DNA of 64,000 bases from Alphaproteobacteria bacterium (GCA_965205265.1 CBDBGH010000003.1:1792001-1856000), one strand, 5' to 3'. Counted from the first letter of the stretch, positions 53,563 to 63,293 are shown. The notes: generated by a model from the sequence alone, not told the origin. Program-made: numbers and translations.

Positions 53563-54432
53563 ATGAGGATCGAACGGGTCGGCGACACCATCGACATGCT
53601 CGGCGAGGGGCCGCTCTGGGACGTGGCCGAGCAGGCGCTCTACTGGGTGGACAGCCGGGGATGCAGGATCCACCGGCTCGACTGGGCGAGCGGCGAACGC
53701 CGGGATTGGGACGTGCCGGCGATGATCGGCTCGATGGCGCTCCGCGAGTCCGGCGGCGCCGTCATCGCGCTCCAGACGGGCGTCCACACATTCGACTTCG
53801 AGACCGGCAAGGCGGTGCTGGTCGCCGACCCGGAGGCGGACGATCCCTCCACCCGCTTCAATGACGGCAAGGTGGACCGGCAGGGCCGTTTCCTCACCGG
53901 CACCATGGCGACCCGGATCGGCGAGGAGGCGCGCGGCTCGATCTACCGCTTGGACACCGACCTTTCCCTGCACCGGCTGAAGGGCGGCGTCATCGTCGCG
54001 AACGGCCCCTGCTTCAGCCCCGACGGCGAGACCTTCTACTTCGCCGACACGCGCCGAAATGCGATTTTCGCCTATGACTACGACACCGCGACCGGCGCTA
54101 TCGGGCCGGAGCGCGTGGCCGTGGACACCGCGCCCCATGACAGCGGCCCGGACGGCGGCACCGTGGACAGCGAAGGCTATCTCTGGACCGCCCTCGTCCA
54201 CGCAAGCCGGATTGCGCGCTTCGCGCCCGACGGCAGCCTCGACCGGCTGATCGACATGCCCTGCACCCGCCCCGCCAGCGTCATGTTCGGCGGACCGGAC
54301 CTGGATATCGTCTTCGTGCCGTCGATCCGCGATTCCGGCAATGTGCGCGGCGACAAGGAAATCGACGGCGCCCTGTTCGCCGTTCACGGCCTCGGCGTTA
54401 CCGGCCTGCCCGAGCCGCGCTTCGCCGGTTAG
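53563..54432 (+). CDS. SMP-30/gluconolactonase family protein
   Basis: LGEGPLWD, RFNDG, NGPCFSPDG, PDGGTVDSEG. Confidence 0.92.
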   Translation: MRIERVGDTIDMLGEGPLWDVAEQALYWVDSRGCRIHRLDWASGERRDWDVPAMIGSMALRESGGAVIALQTGVHTFDFETGKAVLVADPEADDPSTRFNDGKVDRQGRFLTGTMATRIGEEARGSIYRLDTDLSLHRLKGGVIVANGPCFSPDGETFYFADTRRNAIFAYDYDTATGAIGPERVAVDTAPHDSGPDGGTVDSEGYLWTALVHASRIARFAPDGSLDRLIDMPCTRPASVMFGGPDLDIVFVPSIRDSGNVRGDKEIDGALFAVHGLGVTGLPEPRFAG

Positions 54433-54449
54433 GGCCCGCATTCCGGCCT

Positions 54450-54917
54450 CGCGCCTGCTGCCTGGGCAGGAACGCTCATCGAACGTGTCATGGGATGTCA
54501 TGATCCGCATGCGCACGGCGCATATGCTGTAACCTGTTCAGGCATGGGTTCCGGGTATTCCATCCGGTTCCGGCAGCTCCCGGTCCTCGGCATAGGTCCT
54601 TCCTTTCGATCCGTCCTCATTCCATTCGCCCGCCGCCGACTCGCTCCTGCGGCGGGACCCTGATTCGCGCGTAATGTGCGCGGGCGCCCCCGCGCCCGTG
54701 GGCGCGCGTTTCGCGGCGGCGCGGTTCGCGCGCCTGATTGCCCGCGCGCGAGGCGGGTGCAGGACGCACTTCGCCTGTCGGCTGAATCGGGGTCGTTCCG
54801 CATGCGGGCCGGCGCGGGCGGGAAGCGGCTCCGGATGCCACTTTCCTCAGACCCATCATAGCATACTTTTTGAAAATGCAAGCTTACAGAGAAATATTAC
54901 ATAAATTTTGTGAACAA
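54450..54917 (-). repeat. Dispersed promoter-led element, copy B
   Basis: Reverse-complement homolog of 40871..41367. Extended -10 TGCTATGAT at 54855-54863. CATGACA repeats at 54486-54502. Confidence 0.85.
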
Positions 54918-54992
54918 CTTGCTGTTCACACCAGCCGGCCGCCGGATTCGCATGTCTCCGTCCGGCGGCGCTGCAGTACCCGCCCCCTGTCC

Positions 54993-55029
54993 ATCACCCC
55001 GGACGGAGCAAAGCGGAAATCCGGGGTCC
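54993..55029. repeat. REP-like palindromic unit
   Basis: ATCACCCCGGA-CGGAGCAAAGCGGAAA-TCCGGGGTCC hairpin. Confidence 0.55.
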
Positions 55030-55126
55030 AGTCCCGACTCTCGCGGCAGCCCCGGCAGCCCGGCCTCCTCTCCGCCGGCTGCGAGGGCATCGGAGCCATG
55101 GGCAGGCCCCGCCGGCATACCGGGCC

Positions 55127-55648
55127 TCAGGCGGTGAGCCTGCCTACGATCTCCTCGACGGCGGCATCGGCCAGCGCCTGGATTTCGGCGTCGGTGCGGT
55201 CCTGGATCGGATGGGGCACGAACACCATCGGCGGCTCGTAGCCGAGCGCAGCGGACTGCGCCTGCCACGCCTCCACGAACTCCGTGGTGGCGACGCCCAC
55301 GCCAACGACGCCCCTCGCTTCGAGGTCTGCGATATCATGCGTACAGCACGATGTGCAGGAGCCTCAGTCGGCCAGCCCTTCGACGACGAGGGCGGCCTCC
55401 GACGCGATCTGCTGCTTGACGGCAATCGGCGCCGTGCGCGCAAAGGTCGGCTTCATGTAGCGCTTCACTTCGATGCCCCGCTTGCCCAGGCGCTCATGCA
55501 GGCGGTCCAGAAAGACATCGCCGCGCGCCTTGGAAATGTCGAGCAGGGCCACGGTCCTGCCGTCCAGCGAAGCCGGACGGGCCAGCGGCTCGCGCCGCGC
55601 CGGCTCGACTTCGCCGGTCGGATCGACCAGCACCGGGGTGTTTCTCAC
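55127..55648 (-). CDS. UGSC-family selenoprotein, in-frame TGA read as Sec at 55364-55366
   Basis: ...VVEGLAD-TGA-GSCTSCCTHD...FVPHPIQDRT... The frame stays open for 78 codons after the TGA. SECIS-like hairpin follows. GTG start overlaps the upstream stop, with an [10 protein letters not shown]. Confidence 0.88.
55324..55363 (-). promoter_or_regulatory. Bacterial SECIS-like hairpin
   Basis: After UGA: CUGC-AC-AUCGUGC-[UGUAC]-GCAUGAU-AUC-GCAG. The apical loop starts 18 nt after UGA and has GU near its start. Confidence 0.65.
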
Positions 55649-57009
55649 GTTCCTACCTCCTTCGTTACAGGAATGCTGCCGACCGGGCCGGTGGCGGCCC
55701 AACCGGGCAGAATGGCGGAGAACATGCCTGCGCCGCCGCCGGCGCGGACGATCAGCAGGCCGCCCTCGCGCAGCTTGGGCATGGCCTGTCCCGGCTCGTC
55801 GAGCGCGGTGCGCAGCGCGGCCTCAAGGTCCTCGCGCGACCAGCCGCCCTCCCGGAACACGCGGTCGTGCTCCGGCGAGACGACAACCACCGCGTCGATA
55901 TTGCGCCGGTTGCGGTTCTCGAGGCCGCGGAACACATCGGCGAAGGTTTCCACAAGGGCCTCGGGCGTGCGCGAATCCTGGTCCACCACGCCCATCACGC
56001 CGTAGCCGGCAAAGAGCGTGACCGCCGAGGCCCCCGCGCCCGCGCCCCGGCTCTCGGAGAGCGGCGGCCAGGCGGAGCCTTCCTCGTCCTCGGGGAAGCA
56101 GAAAGTGTATTTGCCGGGATTGCCGAGCGCGGCCCGGTCCACGCCCTGCGGCTTGCCGCCGCCGACATTGCGCACAACGAGCTGGAGCGCGCGCCCGATG
56201 GTGGCGTTGGCGCGATTGCCCTGCCCGAGGACGTTGCCCTTCGCGTTCATGCCGATGGCGCGTCGCACCGGGCCGTTCACGATCGCGATGGGGCCGATGT
56301 AATAGGTCGTCGCCAGCACGCCGTGCATGCAGAAGGCCTCGTCCAGCGCCGCCTCGACCGCCGCCAGCACGACGGGCATGTATTCGGGCTTGCAGCCGGC
56401 CATCACGGCATTGACCGCGACCTTCTCCACCGTGCAGGGCTGGAGGTTGGGCGGCACGAGGCCCACCACCTCGCCCGGATCGCGCGTCGTGCCGTCCAGC
56501 ATGGCGAGCACGCGCGCCTCGGTCGGCGGCACGACGGGCAGGCCATCCGACCAGCCGCGGTCGTAAGCCGCCTCGATCTCGTCTTCCAGCGGCGCCAGCG
56601 GCACCCGGCGGGAGCTGAGCTGCGCAGAACCGAAGCGCGCCGCCAACGTCTCCGGCATGCCCGGCTCGACATTCTTCGCCCCGCAACCCGGGCGGAAAGG
56701 CGGCAGGTCCGCGCCGAGACCGCCGAGGCCGGTCAGACGCTCCCACTCCGCCCGGTCCCAGCCCCAGGTCCGTTCGACCTCCTCGCCGTCTTCGCGCCGG
56801 ATCAGGGTCGGCACGATCTCGACGCCGAGGCGGAAGGATCGCTCAAGCCCCTCGTCGAGTTCGCCGGACACGCTTTCCGGGAAGGCGGGATCGTCCTGCG
56901 TCCAGACATCCAGCGCGATCCCGGAGGCCGCAAGCTGGGCATAGACCGGCTCCAGCAGGGTGCAGGTCGGGCAGTCGCGCTTCACGACCAGGGTGAGCTG
57001 TTTCGTCAT
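55645..57009 (-). CDS. Thioredoxin-like CxxC domain fused to a UGSC-associated domain
   Basis: KRDCPTC, IVPTL cis-Pro motif, PGCG, then GWSDGLPVVPPT, VNAVMAGC, GNRANATIGRAL. Confidence 0.82.
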   Translation of the reverse strand: MTKQLTLVVKRDCPTCTLLEPVYAQLAASGIALDVWTQDDPAFPESVSGELDEGLERSFRLGVEIVPTLIRREDGEEVERTWGWDRAEWERLTGLGGLGADLPPFRPGCGAKNVEPGMPETLAARFGSAQLSSRRVPLAPLEDEIEAAYDRGWSDGLPVVPPTEARVLAMLDGTTRDPGEVVGLVPPNLQPCTVEKVAVNAVMAGCKPEYMPVVLAAVEAALDEAFCMHGVLATTYYIGPIAIVNGPVRRAIGMNAKGNVLGQGNRANATIGRALQLVVRNVGGGKPQGVDRAALGNPGKYTFCFPEDEEGSAWPPLSESRGAGAGASAVTLFAGYGVMGVVDQDSRTPEALVETFADVFRGLENRNRRNIDAVVVVSPEHDRVFREGGWSREDLEAALRTALDEPGQAMPKLREGGLLIVRAGGGAGMFSAILPGWAATGPVGSIPVTKEVGT

Positions 57010-57054
57010 GGCAGGGTCACGCTAGCGCATCGTTCTGCGCCTGTCTCGCCGGAA

Positions 57055-58626
57055 TCAGCCGGGAGCGCGGATGGCGGCTTCCCTGGCCCTTTCGGAAACA
57101 TCCGGCTCGAAGCGCTCGAAGTTCTTCTCGAAGTCCCGCGCGAGAGCCGCGGCGCGCGCGTCGTATGCGTCCCTGTCCTGCCAGCTTGTGCAGGGGTCGA
57201 GGGCTTCGGGCGGCACACCGGGGCAGGCGGTCGGCCGGTGCAGGCCGAACACCGGATGCCGGGCGGTCTCCACCCCGTCCAGCGCGCCGCCCAGGGCGGC
57301 ATTGACCATGGCGCGGGTGTACGCAATGGACATGCGCTCGCCCCTGCCGTTCCAGCCGGTGTTCACCAGCCAGCAATCGACCTTGCGCTCCGCGATCCGC
57401 TTGCCCAGCAGCGCCGCATAGACGGACGGCTTGCGGGCCATGAACGGGGCGCCGAAACAGGTCGAGAAGGTGGCGACCGGCTTGCTGCCGAGGCCACGTT
57501 CCGTGCCGGCGACCTTGGCGGTGTAGCCGGAGAGGAAATGATACATCGCCTGCCCGGTCGTCAGCCGGGAGATCGGCGGCAGGACGCCGAACGCATCCGC
57601 CGTCAGCATGACGATGTTCTTGGGCGGCGGCCCGAGCCCGTCCGGGCAGGCATTGGGGATGAACTCCAGCGGATAGCAGGACCGGGTGTTCTCCGTCACG
57701 CGGCGGTCGGCGAGGTCCAGCAGCCGGGTGTCGGGGTCGATGGCGACATTCTCCAGCACCGTTCCGAAGCGGTGGCTCGCGGCATGGATCTCCGGCTCGG
57801 CATTCCGGTCGAGGTCGATGACCTTGGCGTAGCAGCCGCCCTCGAAATTGAAGATGCCGCTGTCGGACCAGCCATGCTCGTCATCGCCGATCAACTGCCG
57901 GCCGGGGTCGGCGGACAGTGTGGTCTTGCCGGTGCCCGACAGGCCGAAAAACACCGCCGAGCCCTCGGGGCCGATATTGGCCGAGCAGTGCATCGGCATG
58001 ACGCCGTCCGGCGGCAGCAGGTAGTTCAGCAGCGTGAAGACGGATTTCTTGATTTCGCCGGCATAGTAGGTCCCCCCGATCAGGATCAGCTTCTCCGAGA
58101 AGCCGATGGCGATGACGGTCGAGGACCGGCAGCCGTCGGTTTCGGGGTTTGCCCGGAAGCTCGGCGCATGGAGGATGGTCCATTCCGGATCGCCGCCGGA
58201 CGGCCCGGAAGGCCGCAGGAAGATGTTGCGGGCGAACAGGCTGTGCCAGGCCTGCTCCGTCACCACGCGCACCGCGAGCCGGTGGGCGGGGTCCGCGCCC
58301 GCATCGCAGTCCTGCACGAAGAGCTCGCGGCCCTGCAGATGGTCCACGATACGGCGGCGGAGCGTCTCGAAGCTCTCCGGCGCCATCTCCCCGTTGACAT
58401 CGCCCCAGTCGATGCCCTTGTCCGTCGCTGCATCGCGGACGAAGAACTTGTCGTCGGGCGACCGGCCCGTGAAGGCGCCCGTCTCGCAGACCAGGGCGCC
58501 GCCGGCCGCCAGCAGGCCCTCGCGACCGCGCACCGCCGACTCGACCAAGGACTCGCGGCCGGGGTTCCAGTGCAGCGTGCCGGGGTCCGTGATGCCGATT
58601 GCGGCCAGACGTTTGTCAGAGGACAA
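57055..58626 (-). CDS. pckA: Phosphoenolpyruvate carboxykinase (ATP), start uncertain
   Basis: TGRSP, YAGEIKKS, MHCSAN, FGLSGTGKTTLS, IGDDEHGW, FEGGCYAK. Confidence 0.95.
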   Translation of the reverse strand: MSSDKRLAAIGITDPGTLHWNPGRESLVESAVRGREGLLAAGGALVCETGAFTGRSPDDKFFVRDAATDKGIDWGDVNGEMAPESFETLRRRIVDHLQGRELFVQDCDAGADPAHRLAVRVVTEQAWHSLFARNIFLRPSGPSGGDPEWTILHAPSFRANPETDGCRSSTVIAIGFSEKLILIGGTYYAGEIKKSVFTLLNYLLPPDGVMPMHCSANIGPEGSAVFFGLSGTGKTTLSADPGRQLIGDDEHGWSDSGIFNFEGGCYAKVIDLDRNAEPEIHAASHRFGTVLENVAIDPDTRLLDLADRRVTENTRSCYPLEFIPNACPDGLGPPPKNIVMLTADAFGVLPPISRLTTGQAMYHFLSGYTAKVAGTERGLGSKPVATFSTCFGAPFMARKPSVYAALLGKRIAERKVDCWLVNTGWNGRGERMSIAYTRAMVNAALGGALDGVETARHPVFGLHRPTACPGVPPEALDPCTSWQDRDAYDARAAALARDFEKNFERFEPDVSERAREAAIRAPG

Positions 58627-58830
58627 TAAGGGCCTCGAGTCGCGGGTTCGGGGCTCTGGAACGGTTCGCTTGCCTTCTATGCAAGCGGCATGGCCCGCGC
58701 AATGCGCCGTCATGACGCGCCGAGGACAACATTACGCGGATTTCACGCGCCGTTCGCCGGAATTCCGCCATATTGCGACCGGAGGCTTTATACTTCGGAA
58801 AGCGCATGTTCGCGGGAGGGTCCGAAGGTC

Positions 58831-59520
58831 ATGAAATACACGATCGCCCTCGTTGACGACGACCGGAATATCCTCACCTCCGTCACGATGGCCCTGGAGG
58901 CCGAAGGCTTCGACGTCCGGACCTATGTGGACGGCGAACAAGCCTGGCAGGCCTTGCGGAACAACGGCGTCGATCTCGCGGTTCTCGACATCAAGATGCC
59001 TCGCATGGACGGCATGGAACTGCTCCAGCGCCTGCGCGCGAAGTCCGTGCTCCCGGTGATCTTCCTCACCACCAAGGTCGAGGAGCGCGACGAGGAGCTC
59101 GGGCTGAACCTGGGGGCCGACGACTACATCAAGAAACCGTTCTCGCAGCGCCTGCTGATCGCCCGCATCCGCGCCCTGCTGCGCCGAAAGGACCTGGAGC
59201 GGGACGGCGGGGTCCGCGATGTGCTGGTGCGCGGCGACCTCGCCGTCGACCAGGACCGCTATCTCTGCACCTGGAGGGGCGAGGCGGTAAGGCTCACGGT
59301 CACCGAATTGCTGATCCTGCAATCGTTGGCCTACCGGGCGGGCTACGTGAAGACGCGGGACCAGTTGATGACCGCCGCCTATGGCGCCGACGCCATGGCC
59401 AACGACCGGGTCATCGACAGCCATATCAAGCGGATGCGGCGCAAATTCCGTGCTGTGGACCCGGATTTCTCGTCCATCGAGACGCTCTACGGCGGCGGAT
59501 ACCGCTACCGCCCGTCATAG
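58831..59520 (+). CDS. chvI: Response regulator ChvI
   Basis: [36 protein letters not shown]. pckA/chvIG synteny. Confidence 0.92.
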   Translation: MKYTIALVDDDRNILTSVTMALEAEGFDVRTYVDGEQAWQALRNNGVDLAVLDIKMPRMDGMELLQRLRAKSVLPVIFLTTKVEERDEELGLNLGADDYIKKPFSQRLLIARIRALLRRKDLERDGGVRDVLVRGDLAVDQDRYLCTWRGEAVRLTVTELLILQSLAYRAGYVKTRDQLMTAAYGADAMANDRVIDSHIKRMRRKFRAVDPDFSSIETLYGGGYRYRPS

Positions 59521-59527
59521 CCCGGCG

Positions 59528-61156
59528 ATGGCCCGGCGAGGCAGTCGTCAGGCGGTGCGGCGCGGCGCGCGGCGGTGGTACCGCTCGCCGCTGATGCGCC
59601 GCCTTCTGGCGGTGAACCTGCTGGCGCTCGTCATCCTGGCCGCAAGCCTGCTCTATCTCGGCGGCTACAAGCGCGAACTGATCGAAACCGAGCTGCGGCT
59701 GGTGGAAGCCAAGGGCCGGACCATCGCGGTCGCCCTCGGCCACGCTTCCATCGAACTTCTGGCCGACGGCGAGCCGGCCCTCGACGTGAAGAGCGCCGAA
59801 CCCCTGCTGAGGCGGCTCATCGAAGAGTCCAGTCTCCGGGTGCAGATGCGGGTGCGGGTGTTCGGACCGGACGGAACCATCCGGCTGGACAGCCGGCGGT
59901 TTGCCGGCTTCGGGCCCGCGGTGGAGAGCGAACCGCTGCCCCCGGCGGGCGGATCGGACATGTTCCAGGCGGCCCTGCGCTGGCTGCTCGGGCTTTTCGA
60001 CCTGGCTTTCCGGGAAATTGAGACCATCGAGCCCTATCGGGAAAGCGCGGAACAGAAGGCTTCCGACTATCGCGAGGTCGAAGGGGCGCTGCGCGGGGAA
60101 ACGGAGCAGGTGGTCCGTTCGCTCGGCGCGAGAGGCCTGGTGCTGAGCGTCGCCCTGCCGATCCGGGACTTCAAGCGCGTGGTGGGCGCCGCCATGGTCT
60201 CAGCGGACGGCCGCGCCATCGACGAGGCCGTGAGCGAGATCCGCCTGCAGATCCTGTCGGCCGCCGGGGTGGCGCTGGTCGTGACCGTCCTGCTTACCCT
60301 CTACATGGCGCGCGCCATCGCAAGACCGCTCCGGGACCTGGCGGCGACAGCCGAGCGCGTCCGGCCCGGCTACGGACGGGTCGATATCCAGGACCTGAGC
60401 GGGCGCAACGATGAAATCGGCGACCTCTCCGCTGCGCTGCGCCGGATGACGGGCGCGCTGTGGGAAGGAATGGAGGAGACCGAGAAGTTCGCGGCCGATG
60501 TCAGCCATGAGCTCAGGACGCCGCTCGCTTCCACCTACAGCGCAGCCGAAACGGCGATACGCGAGGACGACCCGGCCAAGAGGCGCAAGCTGATGCGCAT
60601 CGTCCTGGACGATGTCAGGCGGTTGAACCGGCTGATCGACAGCGTGGCCGACTTCTCCAGCCTCGGCGCCCAGTTTTCCCGCGCCGAATCGGACCCGGTT
60701 GACATGCGCCGCGCAGTGGAGGCCTGTATCGACGCCGAGTGCCCGCCGCGTCCGGCATTGACGGTTGAAGCGGAAGGTCCGTTCATCGTCCGCGGCCTAG
60801 AAGACCAGCTCGTGCGGGTCATCCGCAACCTGATCGACAACGCCCGGTCCTTCTCTCCGGCGGCAGGGGGTGTGAGGCTGTTTCTCGCGCGGCAGGGGGA
60901 CGAGGTGGTTCTTCGGGTGGACGACGACGGCCCGGGCATCCAGGCGGGCAAGGAGGAGACGATCTTCGACCGCTTCTACACCGACCGGCCCGACGCCGGC
61001 GGACGCGGGGAAAGACATTCGGGCCTCGGCCTCGCCATTTCCCGCGATATCGCCAGGCTCCACGGCGGAAGCATTGCGGCGTCCAACCGGCCGGGCGCGG
61101 ATGGCGGGATTCAGGGCGCGCGCTTCGAACTTCGCGTGCCGGCGGCGGAGGCCTGA
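59528..61156 (+). CDS. chvG: Sensor histidine kinase ChvG/ExoS
   Basis: Two TM segments, FAADVSHELRTPL, NLIDNARSFSP, RFYTDRP, SGLGL. Confidence 0.9.
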   Translation: MARRGSRQAVRRGARRWYRSPLMRRLLAVNLLALVILAASLLYLGGYKRELIETELRLVEAKGRTIAVALGHASIELLADGEPALDVKSAEPLLRRLIEESSLRVQMRVRVFGPDGTIRLDSRRFAGFGPAVESEPLPPAGGSDMFQAALRWLLGLFDLAFREIETIEPYRESAEQKASDYREVEGALRGETEQVVRSLGARGLVLSVALPIRDFKRVVGAAMVSADGRAIDEAVSEIRLQILSAAGVALVVTVLLTLYMARAIARPLRDLAATAERVRPGYGRVDIQDLSGRNDEIGDLSAALRRMTGALWEGMEETEKFAADVSHELRTPLASTYSAAETAIREDDPAKRRKLMRIVLDDVRRLNRLIDSVADFSSLGAQFSRAESDPVDMRRAVEACIDAECPPRPALTVEAEGPFIVRGLEDQLVRVIRNLIDNARSFSPAAGGVRLFLARQGDEVVLRVDDDGPGIQAGKEETIFDRFYTDRPDAGGRGERHSGLGLAISRDIARLHGGSIAASNRPGADGGIQGARFELRVPAAEA

Positions 61157-61575
61157 TGCAGGTTCACGCGAGCTGCATCGCCTTCGAGGGCCGGGGCGTG
61201 CTGCTGCGCGGGCCTTCCGGGTCGGGGAAATCCGACCTCGCGCTCCGGGCGGTGGAGGCCGGAGCGGAGCTCGTGGCCGACGATCTCGTCATGCTCGGAC
61301 TGCGCGGCGGGCGCGTCTGGGCCAGTCCGTTGCCGCAGGCCGGCGGCAGGCTGGAAGTGCGCGGCGTCGGGATCGTCCGGCTGCCGGCGCTGGGCGGCGC
61401 GCCGCTTGTCCTGTTGGCGGACCTGGCCGCGCCGGAGCGGCTGCCCGAGCCCTGTTTCGAGCCGGTCCTGGGCTTGCCGGTGAGGCGTATCCGGTTGGCG
61501 CCGTTCGAGATTTCCGCGGCGATCAAACTGCGCCTTGCCGCGCATATGGCAACGGAGGATAAAGGCGCGGCATGA
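61156..61575 (+). CDS. hprK: HPr kinase/phosphorylase, short alphaproteobacterial form
   Basis: HASC, GPSGSGKS, LVADD, LEVRGVGI. Confidence 0.9.
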   Translation: MQVHASCIAFEGRGVLLRGPSGSGKSDLALRAVEAGAELVADDLVMLGLRGGRVWASPLPQAGGRLEVRGVGIVRLPALGGAPLVLLADLAAPERLPEPCFEPVLGLPVRRIRLAPFEISAAIKLRLAAHMATEDKGAA

Positions 61576-61588
61576 CTGTCGGGCAAAC

Positions 61589-62527
61589 ATGACGACCAGC
61601 GACGAATCCATGCTCAGACGCCTTGTCCTGGTGACCGGCATGTCCGGAGCCGGGCGGTCCGTCGCCTTGAAAGAACTCGAGGATCTCGGGTTCGAGGCGA
61701 TCGACAACATTCCGCTGGCGATGCTGGACGGTATGGACGCCGACCCGTCGGGCCGTGCGCTGGCGGTCGGGATCGACACCCGCGCCCGCGACTTCGCCGT
61801 CGAAGGCGTGCTGGAGCGCATGACGGATGCGGCGGCCCGCTTCGATATCGTGCCGGTATTCCTGCATGCCGACGAGGAGACGCTGACGCGGCGCTACCGC
61901 GAGACGCGCCGGCGCCACCCGATGGCGCCGGACGGCGCTCCCGTCGCCGGCATCGAGCGGGAGCGCCGGCTGCTGGAGCCGCTGCGCCGCGCAGCGGATA
62001 TCGTCATCGACACCTCGCTGTTGACCGCCCACGACCTTCGCCGCCTGCTGCGGGCGCATTTCACGTCCGACCCGCAGGAAGGCATGTCGATCTTCGTCAC
62101 CTCCTTTTCGTTCCGGTCGGGCCTGCCGCGCGAGGCGGATCTTGTGTTCGACATGCGTTTCCTGTCCAACCCCCACTACATAGAAGAGCTGCGGCCGTTG
62201 ACCGGGTGCGACGAAGAAGTCGGCGCCCATATCGCGAAGGACCCGGACTTCACTTCATTTCTCGAAGGCGTCGGCACGCTGCTCGGGATGCTGCTGCCCC
62301 GCTATGCGAAGGAAGGCCGCGCCTATCTGACGATAGCGGTCGGCTGCACCGGCGGTCGCCACCGCTCGGTCTTCACCGCCGAGGAGCTTGCGCGGCTGTT
62401 GCGCGATCGGGGCTGGCGCGCCACGCTGGCCCACCGCGACCTCGAAGCGACGCCGGCATCCGGGCAGGACTATCTGGAGGGGGCGGCGGACCGGGTCGTC
62501 GCGTTGGAAACGGAGAACAGCCCATGA
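61589..62527 (+). CDS. rapZ: RNase adapter RapZ
   Basis: TGMSGAGRS, ETRRRHP, FDMRFLSNP, GCTGGRHRSV. Confidence 0.93.
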   Translation: MTTSDESMLRRLVLVTGMSGAGRSVALKELEDLGFEAIDNIPLAMLDGMDADPSGRALAVGIDTRARDFAVEGVLERMTDAAARFDIVPVFLHADEETLTRRYRETRRRHPMAPDGAPVAGIERERRLLEPLRRAADIVIDTSLLTAHDLRRLLRAHFTSDPQEGMSIFVTSFSFRSGLPREADLVFDMRFLSNPHYIEELRPLTGCDEEVGAHIAKDPDFTSFLEGVGTLLGMLLPRYAKEGRAYLTIAVGCTGGRHRSVFTAEELARLLRDRGWRATLAHRDLEATPASGQDYLEGAADRVVALETENSP

Positions 62528-62940
62528 TCGGCCTGGCGCTCGTTACGCATGGCCGCCTCGCCGCCGAACTGCTCGCGGCGCTCGAGCATGTCGTCGGGCC
62601 TCAGGAGCAGGTAGCGGCCGTGTGCATCGGCCCCGACGACGACATGGAGGACCGCCGCGCCGAAATCGCGCAGGTCGCAAAGACTCTCAATTCGGGAGAA
62701 GGCGTCGTTCTGCTGACGGACATGTTCGGCGGCACGCCTTCCAATCTCGCCATCTCCGTGCTGGGCGCGTCCAACAGGGGCGAGGTCGAAGTGGTCGCCG
62801 GCGTCAACCTGCCGATGCTGGTGAAGCTCGCGACCTGCCGCCAGCACAAGACGCTCGCCGAAGCTGTTGCGGATGCCGAAGAGGCCGGACGGAAATACAT
62901 CCAGATCGCCTCGAAACTGCTCGCTGAGGCGCCCGGCTGA
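62524..62940 (+). CDS. PTS EIIA, mannose/fructose type
   Basis: VTHG, TDMFGGTPSN, GVNLPML. Confidence 0.92.
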   Translation: MIGLALVTHGRLAAELLAALEHVVGPQEQVAAVCIGPDDDMEDRRAEIAQVAKTLNSGEGVVLLTDMFGGTPSNLAISVLGASNRGEVEVVAGVNLPMLVKLATCRQHKTLAEAVADAEEAGRKYIQIASKLLAEAPG

Positions 62941-62941
62941 C

Positions 62942-63208
62942 ATGCCGTCGGCATCGTTGCGGATCGTCAATGAGCGCGGCCTGCATGCGCGCGCCGCGGC
63001 GAAGTTCGTAGCGCTTGCCGGGCGCTTCGATGCGGAGGTCCAGGTGACCCACCACGACATGACCGTGCCAGGCGTCTCGATCATGGGACTGCTGCTGCTG
63101 GGCGCCGGCAAGGGATGCGAAATCGAGGTCGTCTGCGAGGGCGCCGAGGCGGCCGCAGCGCTTGCCGCGCTCCAGGCGCTCGTGGCGGACGGCTTCAGCG
63201 AGACATAG
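62942..63208 (+). CDS. HPr/NPr phosphocarrier protein
   Basis: NERGLHARAAAKFV, SIMGLL. Confidence 0.92.
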   Translation: MPSASLRIVNERGLHARAAAKFVALAGRFDAEVQVTHHDMTVPGVSIMGLLLLGAGKGCEIEVVCEGAEAAAALAALQALVADGFSET

Positions 63209-63217
63209 GCGCTCCGG

Positions 63218-63246
63218 TTGAAGCGGGCGGAGCGGGTTGCTATACG
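63218..63246 (+). promoter_or_regulatory. Putative sigma70 promoter of ahcY
   Basis: TTGAAG-N17-TATACG with TG extension. Confidence 0.5.
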
Positions 63247-63293
63247 CGGCAGGCTCCGGCCGGAGCTTCCGATAGCCAAGGATCCATCCTCCG

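Noticed and set aside
54486-54502. TGTCAT repeats as a Pho box
   Set aside because: The period is 10 bp, not the 11 bp of PhoB boxes, and the repeats lie at the 3' end of the element, not at a promoter.
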